The position numbers and the translations under genes were made by a program. A stretch of 64,000 nt of DNA from Sedimentisphaerales bacterium. GTDB taxonomy: Bacteria; Planctomycetota; Phycisphaerae; Sedimentisphaerales; SM23-30. Shown here one piece after another: positions 9,327 through 18,882 of this stretch. Position 1 is the stretch's first letter, and every line of letters begins with the position of its first letter. The notes under the pieces are model-generated. The model was not told where the DNA came from and did not search any database. It saw nothing but the letters and a program-made list of their open reading frames with translations. The DNA lies in NCBI GenBank assembly GCA_963666285.1, contig OY762711.1, one strand, 5' to 3'.

Positions 9327-9956
9327 ATGGGAATGGAATCAATAGAGCTTATTATGGAAGTTGAAGATGAGTTTGGGATTAAGGTTTCAAATTCCGAAGC
9401 CGAGAAAACGATTACTGTTGAGCAATTTGTTGATCTGGTTTATTCATTGTTGCCAGAAGAGAATAAACAATTTACGGCAGAAGATCAAATTTGTCCTTCC
9501 CATAAAGGGTTCAATTTTGTACGAAAAGCGTTAATGGAACAGGCTGGAGTGGAAAGGGCGGCTATTAAACCTGATACTTTACTTGAAGATATTGTGCCGC
9601 GTGAGAATAGAATCAAAATATGGGAAAAAGTGAGAGAGGCCTTGGGGATTCATAGTTTCTTATATTCAGGGCTTGAGGCAACTAATGAAATAATTGGTAC
9701 AAATGAAATGCATAGCTTCAGGTTGTATATGCCGGAAATGAGGAGAACGGAATTCTCTGCAAGATGCAAAAAAGTTAAAGACCTGATTTGGCAAATCTGT
9801 AAAGCAAATCGCAAAAGAACATATTCGAAAAATAATATTTCTAAAAAGGATATATTTTCAGCAGTAAAATATATGATTTTAGATATTGGGTGTAATTTAA
9901 CTTATGAAGAAATAACGCCTGAATCTCGTTTTGTAGAAGATCTTGGGTTCGGCTAA
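9327..9956 (+). CDS. Acyl-carrier-protein-like protein with permuted/split ACP fold
   Basis: N-terminal MESIELIMEVEDEFGI..SEAEKTITV (ACP helices II-IV); C-terminal EEITPESRFVEDLG (ACP helix I/loop); RBS GGAGA. Confidence 0.75.
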   Translation: MGMESIELIMEVEDEFGIKVSNSEAEKTITVEQFVDLVYSLLPEENKQFTAEDQICPSHKGFNFVRKALMEQAGVERAAIKPDTLLEDIVPRENRIKIWEKVREALGIHSFLYSGLEATNEIIGTNEMHSFRLYMPEMRRTEFSARCKKVKDLIWQICKANRKRTYSKNNISKKDIFSAVKYMILDIGCNLTYEEITPESRFVEDLGFG

Positions 9957-9988
9957 AAAAAGCACCCTGCATATTTCTGCAAGGTGCT
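9955..9988 (-). terminator. Intrinsic terminator between convergent genes
   Basis: A-run followed by AGCACC-C-TGCA / TGCA-A-GGTGCT hairpin. Confidence 0.7.
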
Positions 9989-10003
9989 TCGGAGTTATTG
10001 TTG

Positions 10004-10684
10004 TTACCTTTTACGTTTTAATGTATGCAGTATGCCAAAAGACAGAAGAAACAAAGAACCTGGTTCAGGTGTAATTGACATTGATGTAAGATGACCATTT
10101 ATGCGAATTTCGCCATCATGTTTCCAGCTTACAGTAGGGTGTTGCTCCAACATTAAAACATAGAACTCATTTCTTTCGGTAAAATGTTCAATAGTCGTAA
10201 AGTAATCCTCCAGTGAATTCTGTTCAGTTAATGTCCATACGCCAAAAAGATGTAGGTATGTATAAGACCAGTCAATATCGTGCCATGTTTTTGACACTGA
10301 TTCGTCATATATGGAACCACTAAAAAATGGGCTGTCTGAGTCGGCACCATATATAAATTCATCAGCATAGTCTGTCAGGAGTGCTTTTCCGTCAGATAGG
10401 TCATCATGGGTAAATGTGTAATTGCCAATGGTCATTGAAATATCGTCGAGTGGATACTCATCATTGCTCCATGGGGTTGCTATTAGATTGTCCGTGTCAA
10501 ATGTGCAGTATCCGGTCATTTGTGTTTCGAGATTAACAGACTCGTCAAGCTGAAAACCATTTTTAAGGATTATCTCATCAATAACGCCGGTTACTGAAAT
10601 TGTATATACGGTTGCCTGAGAAACTGAGACAAATTGAAATAATACGATAAGTAGAAAAATATTTTTTAATAATACTTTTATCAT
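10004..10684 (-). CDS. PEP-CTERM sorted surface protein
   Basis: Signal peptide MIKVLLKNIFLLIVLFQFVSVSQA; C-terminus TPEPGSLFLLSFGILHTLKRKR; RBS AGGAG. Confidence 0.88.
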   Translation of the reverse strand: MIKVLLKNIFLLIVLFQFVSVSQATVYTISVTGVIDEIILKNGFQLDESVNLETQMTGYCTFDTDNLIATPWSNDEYPLDDISMTIGNYTFTHDDLSDGKALLTDYADEFIYGADSDSPFFSGSIYDESVSKTWHDIDWSYTYLHLFGVWTLTEQNSLEDYFTTIEHFTERNEFYVLMLEQHPTVSWKHDGEIRINGHLTSMSITPEPGSLFLLSFGILHTLKRKR

Positions 10685-10961
10685 AGTTTTACTCCTGAAT
10701 TGGGTGTGGATGTTATTAGAATAAACAATTTTTTGAGCAGCAATACGTATGCTCAAAATATTTTTTGTGAGTACTGCTGTATCAGAGGGTTTGCGCACAG
10801 ATACTATAGGGAGATGTTATAAGCACAAACCAATATGCTAGGCAGTACTATCAGGTGAAAATCGCACAAAAAAACTTAACTGTTTATAAACCACTAATTA
10901 TCATTATATCAAGCTTGTTCTAAAACGACCAAGATTTTTTGGAGAGTGAATTGTAATAAAT

Positions 10962-10998
10962 AAAAAATCACCTGTAATTTCTTGTAATTACAGGTGAT
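10962..10998 (-). terminator. Intrinsic terminator of the GT4-epimerase operon
   Basis: 13-bp perfect IR ATCACCTGTAATT/AATTACAGGTGAT with T-run on the minus strand. Confidence 0.8.
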
Positions 10999-11023
10999 AT
11001 GTATAGTTTAGAAAAAGTGTATT

Positions 11024-12043
11024 TTACGATATTGATTGAGATGACTTCGCTTTGTTCGGGTCGGTCATCTTATCCCAGCTTACTGTTGAACGAACCTGCT
11101 CGGCTATCCAATGGTAAGTCTTGGTCATTCCCTCTCGCAATGGCTGCGAGGGCTTCCAGCCCAGTTTATCCTCTAATAATGCATTATCTGAGTTTCTGCC
11201 GCGTACGCCCAGCGGGCCGTCGATATGCTTTACATGAACGGTCTTGCCGGCTATCTCGGCTACCATTTGGCATAAACCGTTTATCGATATCATCTCTTCT
11301 GAGCCTATATTAACCGGGCCGCAGAAATCTGAATTTACTAATCTTCTTACGCCTTCCAGGCATTCATCTATATACAGGAACGATCTGGTCTGTTTGCCGT
11401 CGCCCCACATCTCGATTGTACCTCCGTCCGGGGTCTCGGCTACTTTTCGACAGAACGCGGCTGGCGATTTCTCACGACCGCCGGTCCAGGTTCCTTCCGG
11501 GCCGAAGATATTATGGAACCGGGCAACTGAAACGTTCAGGCCTTTATTACGGCTGTATGCCAGGAATAGTCTCTCACTGAATAGCTTTTCCCAGCCGTAT
11601 TCACTGTCTGGTGCCGCCGGATAGGCAGATTCCTCTGAGCATTTGGGGTTATCCGGATCCAACTGGTTGTATTCCGGATAGATACACGCCGATGATGAAT
11701 AGAATAGTTTGTTTACGCCGGTTTTTACCGCCAGGTCCGCTATGTTGAGATTTATCGTCGCAGAGTTGTGCATGATATCTGCATCATGTTCTCCGGTAAA
11801 GACAAAACCTGCTCCGCCCATGTCAGCTGCCAGCTGATAGACTTCGTCATAATGGCGGTCCATAATTTCCCGGCATATCTCCTGGCTGCGTAGGTCGCCT
11901 ATTACAAATTCATCGGCTTCTGTCGGTGCAAATTCCGGATATTTCAGATCGATTCCAGTTACTTCATAGCCTTCCCGTTTCAATCTTTTGACTAGGTGGC
12001 TGCCAATGAATCCGCCGGCGCCGCAAACCAGGGCTGTTTTCAT
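11024..12043 (-). CDS. NAD-dependent epimerase, GDP-mannose 3,5-epimerase-like
   Basis: GAGGFIG, LAADMGGAGF, SSACIYP, YGWEK, GGREKSPAAFCRK, WGDGKQTRSF, GVRGRNSDN. Confidence 0.88.
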   Translation of the reverse strand: MKTALVCGAGGFIGSHLVKRLKREGYEVTGIDLKYPEFAPTEADEFVIGDLRSQEICREIMDRHYDEVYQLAADMGGAGFVFTGEHDADIMHNSATINLNIADLAVKTGVNKLFYSSSACIYPEYNQLDPDNPKCSEESAYPAAPDSEYGWEKLFSERLFLAYSRNKGLNVSVARFHNIFGPEGTWTGGREKSPAAFCRKVAETPDGGTIEMWGDGKQTRSFLYIDECLEGVRRLVNSDFCGPVNIGSEEMISINGLCQMVAEIAGKTVHVKHIDGPLGVRGRNSDNALLEDKLGWKPSQPLREGMTKTYHWIAEQVRSTVSWDKMTDPNKAKSSQSIS

Positions 12044-12048
12044 AATTC

Positions 12049-13458
12049 TTACCTCTTTGTTATCTTTTCTTGGTCCTGCTCAGAGTTAATATCTGCCTCT
12101 ATTCCGGCATTATTATTCAGTCGGTAACCCTGGGATTCTTCACAGAATGTTTCAGGATCGACTTTATAATGCGATATCTCAGAGATCTTTCGTTTTATGT
12201 AATCTGCATCTTCCATCTCTGAATAAATGCCGATCATTTTTCCGAGTTCCAGGTCAAAACTGTCCAGTATCTGTTCCCTGGCAAAATTCGACTGCCAGGT
12301 TTCAAATGTCCGAGCTTGAAGCTCCTTGATTTTGTCTGGATTATCCGAGAGCTCGATTAATTTATCGGCAACGATATTTATATTGCTTGAGTCTAAATAC
12401 AGTCCGATATTGTATTGGTTGAGCCATTTCTTTATCGCAGAATCCGGTGTACCGGCATATATCAATGGCCGTCCGGCAGCGATTGAGCCAAAAAACTTCG
12501 ATGGTACTACCAAACCTTCCCAGCCTTCACGCAGGCTTATCAAATGTATATCAGCTGCCGTTAGTCTCAGTGGCAATTCCCTCTCATTCGCGAAACCGGC
12601 AAATGTGATATTGGTGTCTTCTTCGGTTACCATTTCACGGAGCTGGCTGTATCGGTTGCCCCGACCGGCAAAACATATACTTATATCTGCCTTGCGGCGA
12701 CGAAGCTCTCTTGCTAGCTCGATAAACTCGGTAAAAGTATGGGCCTGACCGATTGTGCCAGAGTATAAAAGTGTTAATTTGCTGTTGCTAAATAACTTAT
12801 GACGTATTTCAGGATCAGGTTCCTTTATTTCGCCCGGCTCAGATATTGCCCAGGGTATCAATGTTGCAACCTTAGCTTTAGATTGATACTTCTCAATTCG
12901 TTTCCGCATGCAATCACCGATATCTACGATTAGATCCATTGATTTATAACTCAATCCGGCAAATGGGCTAACCATTCTGGTGAGGGCTTTGATCCAAAGC
13001 GGCAGAGGCTCCATTGTTTGAATTGCTTCTGGGTAAAGGTCAAATGCCCACATTGCTATTTTTGTTTTACGCTTAAACAGCTTTATCAGCGGGCAGATTA
13101 AATAACCCATCTGTGGATCGGTACCCAATAAGATAGCGTCATAACTACCTGAAAATAATATCTTTAAAAGCCATTTTGTTGATATCCACGCTGAATTTGC
13201 CATTCTGGAGATGTTTTTACCCTGATCCAGGCCGGGGCGGCTCATACGTATGACTTTTACACCGCATATTTTCTCTATCTTTGGAAATATCTCTCTTTTT
13301 GAATCCCTGCAGTATCTGTCACTGGTTAATACTGTTACATCCCAGCCTCTTTCAACCAGGCCTTCCGCCAGGTCTGAGAAGTGCCGCGCAGATATTACAT
13401 CATCTGGCTTATAGAAATGATAGAGAATCAATATCTTCTGTTTGTTTTGTGCCTGCAT
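12049..13458 (-). CDS. GT4 glycosyltransferase (WbuB/WcaI-like)
   Basis: HFYKPD..SARHFSDLA..L..RGWDV, DLYPE, YSGTIGQAH, VVPSKFFG..AAGRP. Confidence 0.88.
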   Translation of the reverse strand: MQAQNKQKILILYHFYKPDDVISARHFSDLAEGLVERGWDVTVLTSDRYCRDSKREIFPKIEKICGVKVIRMSRPGLDQGKNISRMANSAWISTKWLLKILFSGSYDAILLGTDPQMGYLICPLIKLFKRKTKIAMWAFDLYPEAIQTMEPLPLWIKALTRMVSPFAGLSYKSMDLIVDIGDCMRKRIEKYQSKAKVATLIPWAISEPGEIKEPDPEIRHKLFSNSKLTLLYSGTIGQAHTFTEFIELARELRRRKADISICFAGRGNRYSQLREMVTEEDTNITFAGFANERELPLRLTAADIHLISLREGWEGLVVPSKFFGSIAAGRPLIYAGTPDSAIKKWLNQYNIGLYLDSSNINIVADKLIELSDNPDKIKELQARTFETWQSNFAREQILDSFDLELGKMIGIYSEMEDADYIKRKISEISHYKVDPETFCEESQGYRLNNNAGIEADINSEQDQEKITKR

Positions 13459-13507
13459 TATTTACTTCTCATGCTTTTACCGGCAATAGATTAAGAATTG
13501 CTCTTCA

Positions 13508-13587
13508 GCAGATATTGCTTTGTTTGCCGATCTATTGGCATAAATTGCGCGGTCTGCAATTATTGCCATACTCTGCGCAATATATGC
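13508..13587. promoter_or_regulatory. Four GCA-N5-TGC palindromes, putative enhancer (UAS) array
   Basis: GCAGATATTGC 13508, GCATAAATTGC 13538, GCAATTATTGC 13556, GCAATATATGC 13577. Confidence 0.55.
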
Positions 13588-13749
13588 GCTGTGGATATCC
13601 TGTGCAAATCTTAATAGCTATGGTCCAATAAAACTTGATGGGCCTACTAAAATATTTATGCTTAATATTTATCTGCTATTAAAGGAGTTATGGTTGAAAA
13701 AAAATAAAATATCTCAAAAAAGAATAAATTATGGGACCTTTATTTGATT

Positions 13750-13766
13750 TTGGCATGACTGTTGTA
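13750..13766 (+). promoter_or_regulatory. Putative sigma54 promoter of flagellar operon
   Basis: TTGGCATGACTGTTGTA, -24 GG with -12 TTGT variant; IHF-like AT-rich site near 13677-13691. Confidence 0.55.
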
Positions 13767-13894
13767 TTTAGAACCATGACGAGACTTGCATGTGTTTAAC
13801 GCGGACCATAGTTTGGAGAATTATGGACGCTTTAATTAGAGCTAAGAGCATAACTGTTATGCTCAATATTAACCTGATATTTGAGGAATATTGG

Positions 13895-14092
13895 ATGGAG
13901 CCAATAATCAGCAAAACTTTATCCGGGGACATGGATAACAAGAGTCGGATAGACTCGATGCTGAATGACCTTGTTAGTGGTCGCTTATCGCAACGGATTG
14001 CGGAAGTGGCTGCCCTGGCTGCTGCCAGGCATATGTATCAGGAAGCTCAAGAGATGCGGTCTACAGTCGAGGCGGAGTACTCGACTCAATAG
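13895..14092 (+). CDS. Small hypothetical protein heading the flagellar operon
   Basis: RBS GAGGA before ATG 13895; 65 aa, ends 14 bp before flgF. Confidence 0.55.
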   Translation: MEPIISKTLSGDMDNKSRIDSMLNDLVSGRLSQRIAEVAALAAARHMYQEAQEMRSTVEAEYSTQ

Positions 14093-14106
14093 CTTAAGGA
14101 TGAGCG

Positions 14107-14862
14107 ATGCTATACGGAATGTATATATCAGCTGCTGGTGCAATGGCCAATTCGTATAAACAGGATGTTGTTGCGAATAACTTGGCAAATGTTGACACCA
14201 CCGCATTTAAAAAAGACCTGGCGCTGTTCAGGGCCCGGCCGACTGAGGCTGCCCTGAATGGATCCAGACGTTTTTCTGATGCCATGCTGGAAAGTACCGG
14301 CGGTGGTATTTTTGCGCTTCCTACTCATACTGACTTCTCTCAAGCATCTCTTGAAAAAACCGATTCTCCTTACGATGTTGCTCTGACCGATGATGGGTTC
14401 TTCCAGGTTCAAATGGGTGATGATACCTATTATACCCGTGATGGTAGATTTATGACTGCCGAAGATGGAATGACTCTGGTTACGGTTGCTGGACAGCTGC
14501 CGGTGCTAAGCTCTGAAGGAGAAGTTATTACCCTGCTGCCTGGCATTGAGCCCGTTATTGATAGTAATGGTTTTATCTCTCAAAACGGTCAGAATGTTGC
14601 CAGGCTCGGTGTCGTTAACTTTGAAGATACTAATCAGTTGACCAAAAAGGGTAGTAATATGTATCAGGCAGATGCAGCGTTAGCGCAACCGGCGGATGTT
14701 ACTATGAGGCAGAATTATACTGAAACTTCCGGCGTAAATGCCTTGGAAGAATTAACTGAAATGATTAAAGCTCAACGTGCCTTTCAGAGCAATGTTATGA
14801 TGATGCAGATTCAGGATCAGACATTGGCTTCTGCTGTTGGTAAGTTGGGCATGATTAGTTGA
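14107..14862 (+). CDS. flgF: Flagellar basal-body rod protein FlgF
   Basis: DVVANNLANVDT.AFK, YTRDGRF, ETSGVNALEELTEMIKAQRAFQ. Confidence 0.88.
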   Translation: MLYGMYISAAGAMANSYKQDVVANNLANVDTTAFKKDLALFRARPTEAALNGSRRFSDAMLESTGGGIFALPTHTDFSQASLEKTDSPYDVALTDDGFFQVQMGDDTYYTRDGRFMTAEDGMTLVTVAGQLPVLSSEGEVITLLPGIEPVIDSNGFISQNGQNVARLGVVNFEDTNQLTKKGSNMYQADAALAQPADVTMRQNYTETSGVNALEELTEMIKAQRAFQSNVMMMQIQDQTLASAVGKLGMIS

Positions 14863-14934
14863 TAACATAAATAACAAATAACTAATGGCTGTAGCGTACT
14901 TTTACGCTGCCGCTGGTTATAAAAAAGGAATACT

Positions 14935-15735
14935 ATGGGCGTAACAGCTTTACAATCTGCAGCAACCGGCATGAAGGCGATGGACACGCAGCTTGATGTC
15001 ATTGCTAACAACCTTGCTAATTCCAATACCACAGGTTTTAAAACTCAAAGAGTTAACTTTGAAGATCTGATGTATGATGAACGTCGTCAGCCGGGTACTA
15101 TCAATAGCCTTGGCCAGACTAGTACTACTGGTTTGTATATTGGTCTTGGTGCCCAGGTATCAAATACCCAGTTGAACTTTACCCAGGGTTCGCTCGAGCA
15201 GACAACCAGCGACCTGGACCTTGCTATTGAAGGTGACGGTTTTTTCAAAGTGCAGACTTATGATGCTATTGGTGATGGTGAAGCTTATACCCGTGCCGGT
15301 AATTTTATGGCTAATGTTAACGGGGAATTGGTGCTTGGTACGCTTGATGGACCGGTTCTTGACCCGCCTATTATTATTCCGGATGGTGCTACCGGCGTGA
15401 CTATTACAACTGATGGCCGTGTTACTGCCCTTGTTGATAATGACGAGGTCGAAGTCGGACAGATATCTTTGTATAAGTTTCCTAACCCAAACGGTCTGAG
15501 GATGCAGGGTGGTAATATGTATACCGAAACGGCAGGCAGCGGGACACCTACTGAAGGTAGTCCGCAGGATCCCGGTTATGGTGGTGTTATTCAGAATCAT
15601 CTGGAATACAGTAACGTTGACAGTGTTAAAGAGCTGGTAAATATGATCAAGACCCAGCGTAACTTTGAAATGAATTCGCAGTCGATAAAGGCGGCTGACA
15701 GTACGTTAAAGACAATCTCTGCTCTGAGACAGTAA
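14935..15735 (+). CDS. flgG: Flagellar distal rod protein FlgG
   Basis: AATGM.A...LDVIANNLANSNTTGFK, DLAIEGDGFF, YTRAGNF, LEYSNVD.V.ELVNMI..QR. Confidence 0.94.
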   Translation: MGVTALQSAATGMKAMDTQLDVIANNLANSNTTGFKTQRVNFEDLMYDERRQPGTINSLGQTSTTGLYIGLGAQVSNTQLNFTQGSLEQTTSDLDLAIEGDGFFKVQTYDAIGDGEAYTRAGNFMANVNGELVLGTLDGPVLDPPIIIPDGATGVTITTDGRVTALVDNDEVEVGQISLYKFPNPNGLRMQGGNMYTETAGSGTPTEGSPQDPGYGGVIQNHLEYSNVDSVKELVNMIKTQRNFEMNSQSIKAADSTLKTISALRQ

Positions 15736-15854
15736 CTGTAGAATCTCGATTAACGAGAATGACTGGAGTTGATACTTGCCTCGTTGCAGCATAAATGTGA
15801 AGCTGGTTTTACAGCTCCAGGTTTTTGCATTTATTTTAACTTACATTTTATATT

Positions 15855-16991
15855 ATGACAAAATTTGCTAACAACTTAATAATTCTTCTTATACTGTTGA
15901 TCGCTGCTGTTGTTAATTCTGCACAGGTGCAGATCAGGATGCAAAAAGAGGCAAAGATCAGTACTACTAATATTACTTTAGGTGATATTGCCTGGGTCAA
16001 TGCGGCTGATGAAAATGTTCGCAAACGTCTTGAAACTATGGTTGTGGCATATAAAACTACCAACCAGGCTTATATTACTGTTACAAGCTTTGACATTGCC
16101 AGGTGTCTCTCTGAGGCCGGTATCAACCCGTTGGGTGTTGATATATACGGCTCTCTTGAATGTGTTATTGCTTTCCAGGGACCGGCTGTTAGAGTTCTGC
16201 CAAATAAAGTAGAATGTGAAACCCCTGTTGATCAGGATGTTTATACTGTCGAAGATGAACTTAATAAACTGGTTGCTGAAAATACCGGGCTTGAACTTGA
16301 TCGACTGGTTATTGATTGGGGTGGTAATAAAGATGAGCTTCTGCTGATGAAGTTCGATCCTGTTCGCTATGAGATCAAGCCGCAGCGTTCTGTTACCCTT
16401 GGCAATGTTCGCTATATGATAATAGATAATAATCCACCGATGCCTGATGATGTTTTGCCTCAGCACGAAAAGTTTTATCGCGGCAGGCCAACGACTGAAT
16501 ATGTAAACGGACTGGTAAAATACATCAGTGAATATGTTGTTGCCAAAAGAGATATGAAAACCGGTGATATACTGCGTGAAGATGATCTGAAACTTATACC
16601 GCAGCTTGTTAGCTCTGCCGCTCAGATTGGTATTGGGTCGATTGAAATGCTGACCGGTAAGGAACTTACCAGGAATATCTCCGCTGAACAGGTTCTCAAA
16701 CCGAATATGGTTAAGAGATTAACTCTTATAAATAAAAATGATCCGGTATATGTTCGGTACAAAACCAGCAGGATTAAAATCTCTCTTAAGGGACTTGCTA
16801 TGTCTGACGGCAGTGAAAACGATACCATACCGGTAAAAGTTGAACATCGTCAGCTTGATTCCAATAGGACAATATCTCAGGTGCTTTATTGTCGGGTTAT
16901 CGCATCTGGCGAAGTTTTGGTTATTGATAATACTGAGAGTTCTGATGACACTCAGTACGCTAACAATACTGATGACAGGAGGGCTAGGTAG
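15855..16991 (+). CDS. flgA: Flagellar P-ring chaperone FlgA (extended N-terminus)
   Basis: Signal peptide, ITLGDIA, SAF-like VVAKRDMKTGDILREDDL, GLAMSDG..NDTI; position between flgG and flgH. Confidence 0.8.
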   Translation: MTKFANNLIILLILLIAAVVNSAQVQIRMQKEAKISTTNITLGDIAWVNAADENVRKRLETMVVAYKTTNQAYITVTSFDIARCLSEAGINPLGVDIYGSLECVIAFQGPAVRVLPNKVECETPVDQDVYTVEDELNKLVAENTGLELDRLVIDWGGNKDELLLMKFDPVRYEIKPQRSVTLGNVRYMIIDNNPPMPDDVLPQHEKFYRGRPTTEYVNGLVKYISEYVVAKRDMKTGDILREDDLKLIPQLVSSAAQIGIGSIEMLTGKELTRNISAEQVLKPNMVKRLTLINKNDPVYVRYKTSRIKISLKGLAMSDGSENDTIPVKVEHRQLDSNRTISQVLYCRVIASGEVLVIDNTESSDDTQYANNTDDRRAR

Positions 16992-17729
16992 TTGAATAGA
17001 TTTGTTAAAATTTCATTCGCTTTCATCGCGGTTATTATTTTTGCCAATAATACAGTTCTTGCCCAGAGCAGCCTTTTCATCAAATCAGAAGAGCAGATGA
17101 GAGAACAGGCACTTCGCGGCGGGCAGGGCGATGAAGAGAACGCTGACTCCGGCATGGTTAATGGTGTGCCGAAGGTTCTCGCTTCCCAGGTATCCTGGAC
17201 TATGATCGAAGAGAAAAAGGTCAAAGGTGTTAGAATGCACGACCTTGTTACTATATTGGTCCGCGAAAAAAGCTCGCACGGCAGTGATTCAGAAACTAAA
17301 GCTGACAAGAAAACTGGATTAAATATGGTTCTCTCTGACTGGATTAAATTAACTGGCGGCGATCTTGCCCCGGCTACCCAGAGAAGAGGGGACCCAAAAA
17401 TAGGTGCTAATTTTTCACGCGAACTTGACGGTGAAACTCAGATAGCACGAGAAGATTATGTTACTGCCGAGATTCAGGCTGAAGTTGTCGATGTTTACCC
17501 TAATGGTAATGTTATGCTGGAAGCCAGCCACTTTATCAGGACGGACGATGAGACTACAACTATAACTCTTACTGGTGTCTGTCGCAGCAATGATATCTCT
17601 GAAAGCAATTCGATTACATCTTCTAAAATTGCTAAGTTAAAGATCGATAAACAGCATACTGGTATTGCAAAAGATTATACCGATCAAGGTTTTTTGACTA
17701 AATTTATTGATTTTATCAATCCATTTTAA
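16992..17729 (+). CDS. flgH: Flagellar L-ring protein FlgH
   Basis: HDLVTILVRE, AEVVDVYPNGN..LEA, LTGVCR.NDI...NSITS..IA, GFLTKF; TTG start abutting flgA stop. Confidence 0.88.
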   Translation: MNRFVKISFAFIAVIIFANNTVLAQSSLFIKSEEQMREQALRGGQGDEENADSGMVNGVPKVLASQVSWTMIEEKKVKGVRMHDLVTILVREKSSHGSDSETKADKKTGLNMVLSDWIKLTGGDLAPATQRRGDPKIGANFSRELDGETQIAREDYVTAEIQAEVVDVYPNGNVMLEASHFIRTDDETTTITLTGVCRSNDISESNSITSSKIAKLKIDKQHTGIAKDYTDQGFLTKFIDFINPF

Positions 17730-17751
17730 GATTTGTAAGGTGATTATAAAA

Positions 17752-18882
17752 GTGATAGTGAATAAAACTGACAATTTAATTTCTGCTTTTATCCTGGCTG
17801 TGCTGGTCCTGTCTGCGGTTACTGCTAATGCCATGACAAGGATACAGGATATTGCCAGGCCGCTGGGTGAGCGGGGTAATATTATTGTTGGTACCGGTCT
17901 TGTCTTCGGTCTTAACGGAACCGGTGATGGCGATCAGATTACTACTGCTACCGCGGTTCAGGCCTGGCTAAGAAACGCAGGTAACCCCGTTGATTCTATC
18001 GACGATATTAAAAATCTTAAAAATGTAGCTTATGTAACCCTCAGTGTAGATCTGAGCAGAAACGGTATAAACAATGGTGATGAACTTGACGTAACTGTTG
18101 ACAGTTTCGGAAAAGCTTCCAGTCTGGCAGGCGGTACGCTGTTTGCCACTCCGCTTAACCCGATACATGATCCCGGTGGCACGGTATATGGTTTTGCCCA
18201 GGGTAAAATTACCCTGCCTGATCCTAAGCATCCGACTTCTGGTATTATAAAGGGTGGAGCTATCATAGAAGTTCCTCATCATCATGAATATGTCAAATTT
18301 GACAGCAAAGAAAGCAGATTTTATTTCGACCTCGTTTTAGATGAAGGTTTCGATACTTTCCAGGTAGCTCAGCAGTTGGTCGTTGACATAAATGCTATGA
18401 ACGAGATACCGGGCGGCCAGGATAATCCTGACTATATCGAAGCCTTACAGTCTGCCAGGGCGCTGGATGCCAAGACTGTACGTGTGTATATTCCGAAAAT
18501 GCAGGTTGATAAATATACTTCTTATATCGCCAGGATCCTTAACCTGCCGATCGAAACGCCCGAGCCTGAAGCTGTTGTTGTTATTAACGAGAGCAGCGGT
18601 ACTATGGCTTTTGGCGGTAATGTTGAAATTCTGCCCTGTGTAATCACGGTTGACGGCATGAATATCGAGATTGTCAAGCCCAAACCGGTTCCGCAGCCGG
18701 GGGTACCCGTTGTCAGTAATACTGAGTTTGCTGCTTTTGATACTTCAAAGGAAAGCACTCTGCAATTGGCTGACCTGATCGAAGATCTGGATCAGCTGAA
18801 AGTGCCGTTTCATAGCAAGGTGCAGGCAATATACAGGCTTCAAAGAGGTGGCTGGCTAAAGGCCAAGGTTATTACAGAATGA
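17752..18882 (+). CDS. flgI: Flagellar P-ring protein FlgI
   Basis: RIQDIA, GTGLVFGLNGTGD, KNVAYV, ASSLAGGTL..TPL, VVVINESSGT; start approximate. Confidence 0.92.
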   Translation: MIVNKTDNLISAFILAVLVLSAVTANAMTRIQDIARPLGERGNIIVGTGLVFGLNGTGDGDQITTATAVQAWLRNAGNPVDSIDDIKNLKNVAYVTLSVDLSRNGINNGDELDVTVDSFGKASSLAGGTLFATPLNPIHDPGGTVYGFAQGKITLPDPKHPTSGIIKGGAIIEVPHHHEYVKFDSKESRFYFDLVLDEGFDTFQVAQQLVVDINAMNEIPGGQDNPDYIEALQSARALDAKTVRVYIPKMQVDKYTSYIARILNLPIETPEPEAVVVINESSGTMAFGGNVEILPCVITVDGMNIEIVKPKPVPQPGVPVVSNTEFAAFDTSKESTLQLADLIEDLDQLKVPFHSKVQAIYRLQRGGWLKAKVITE

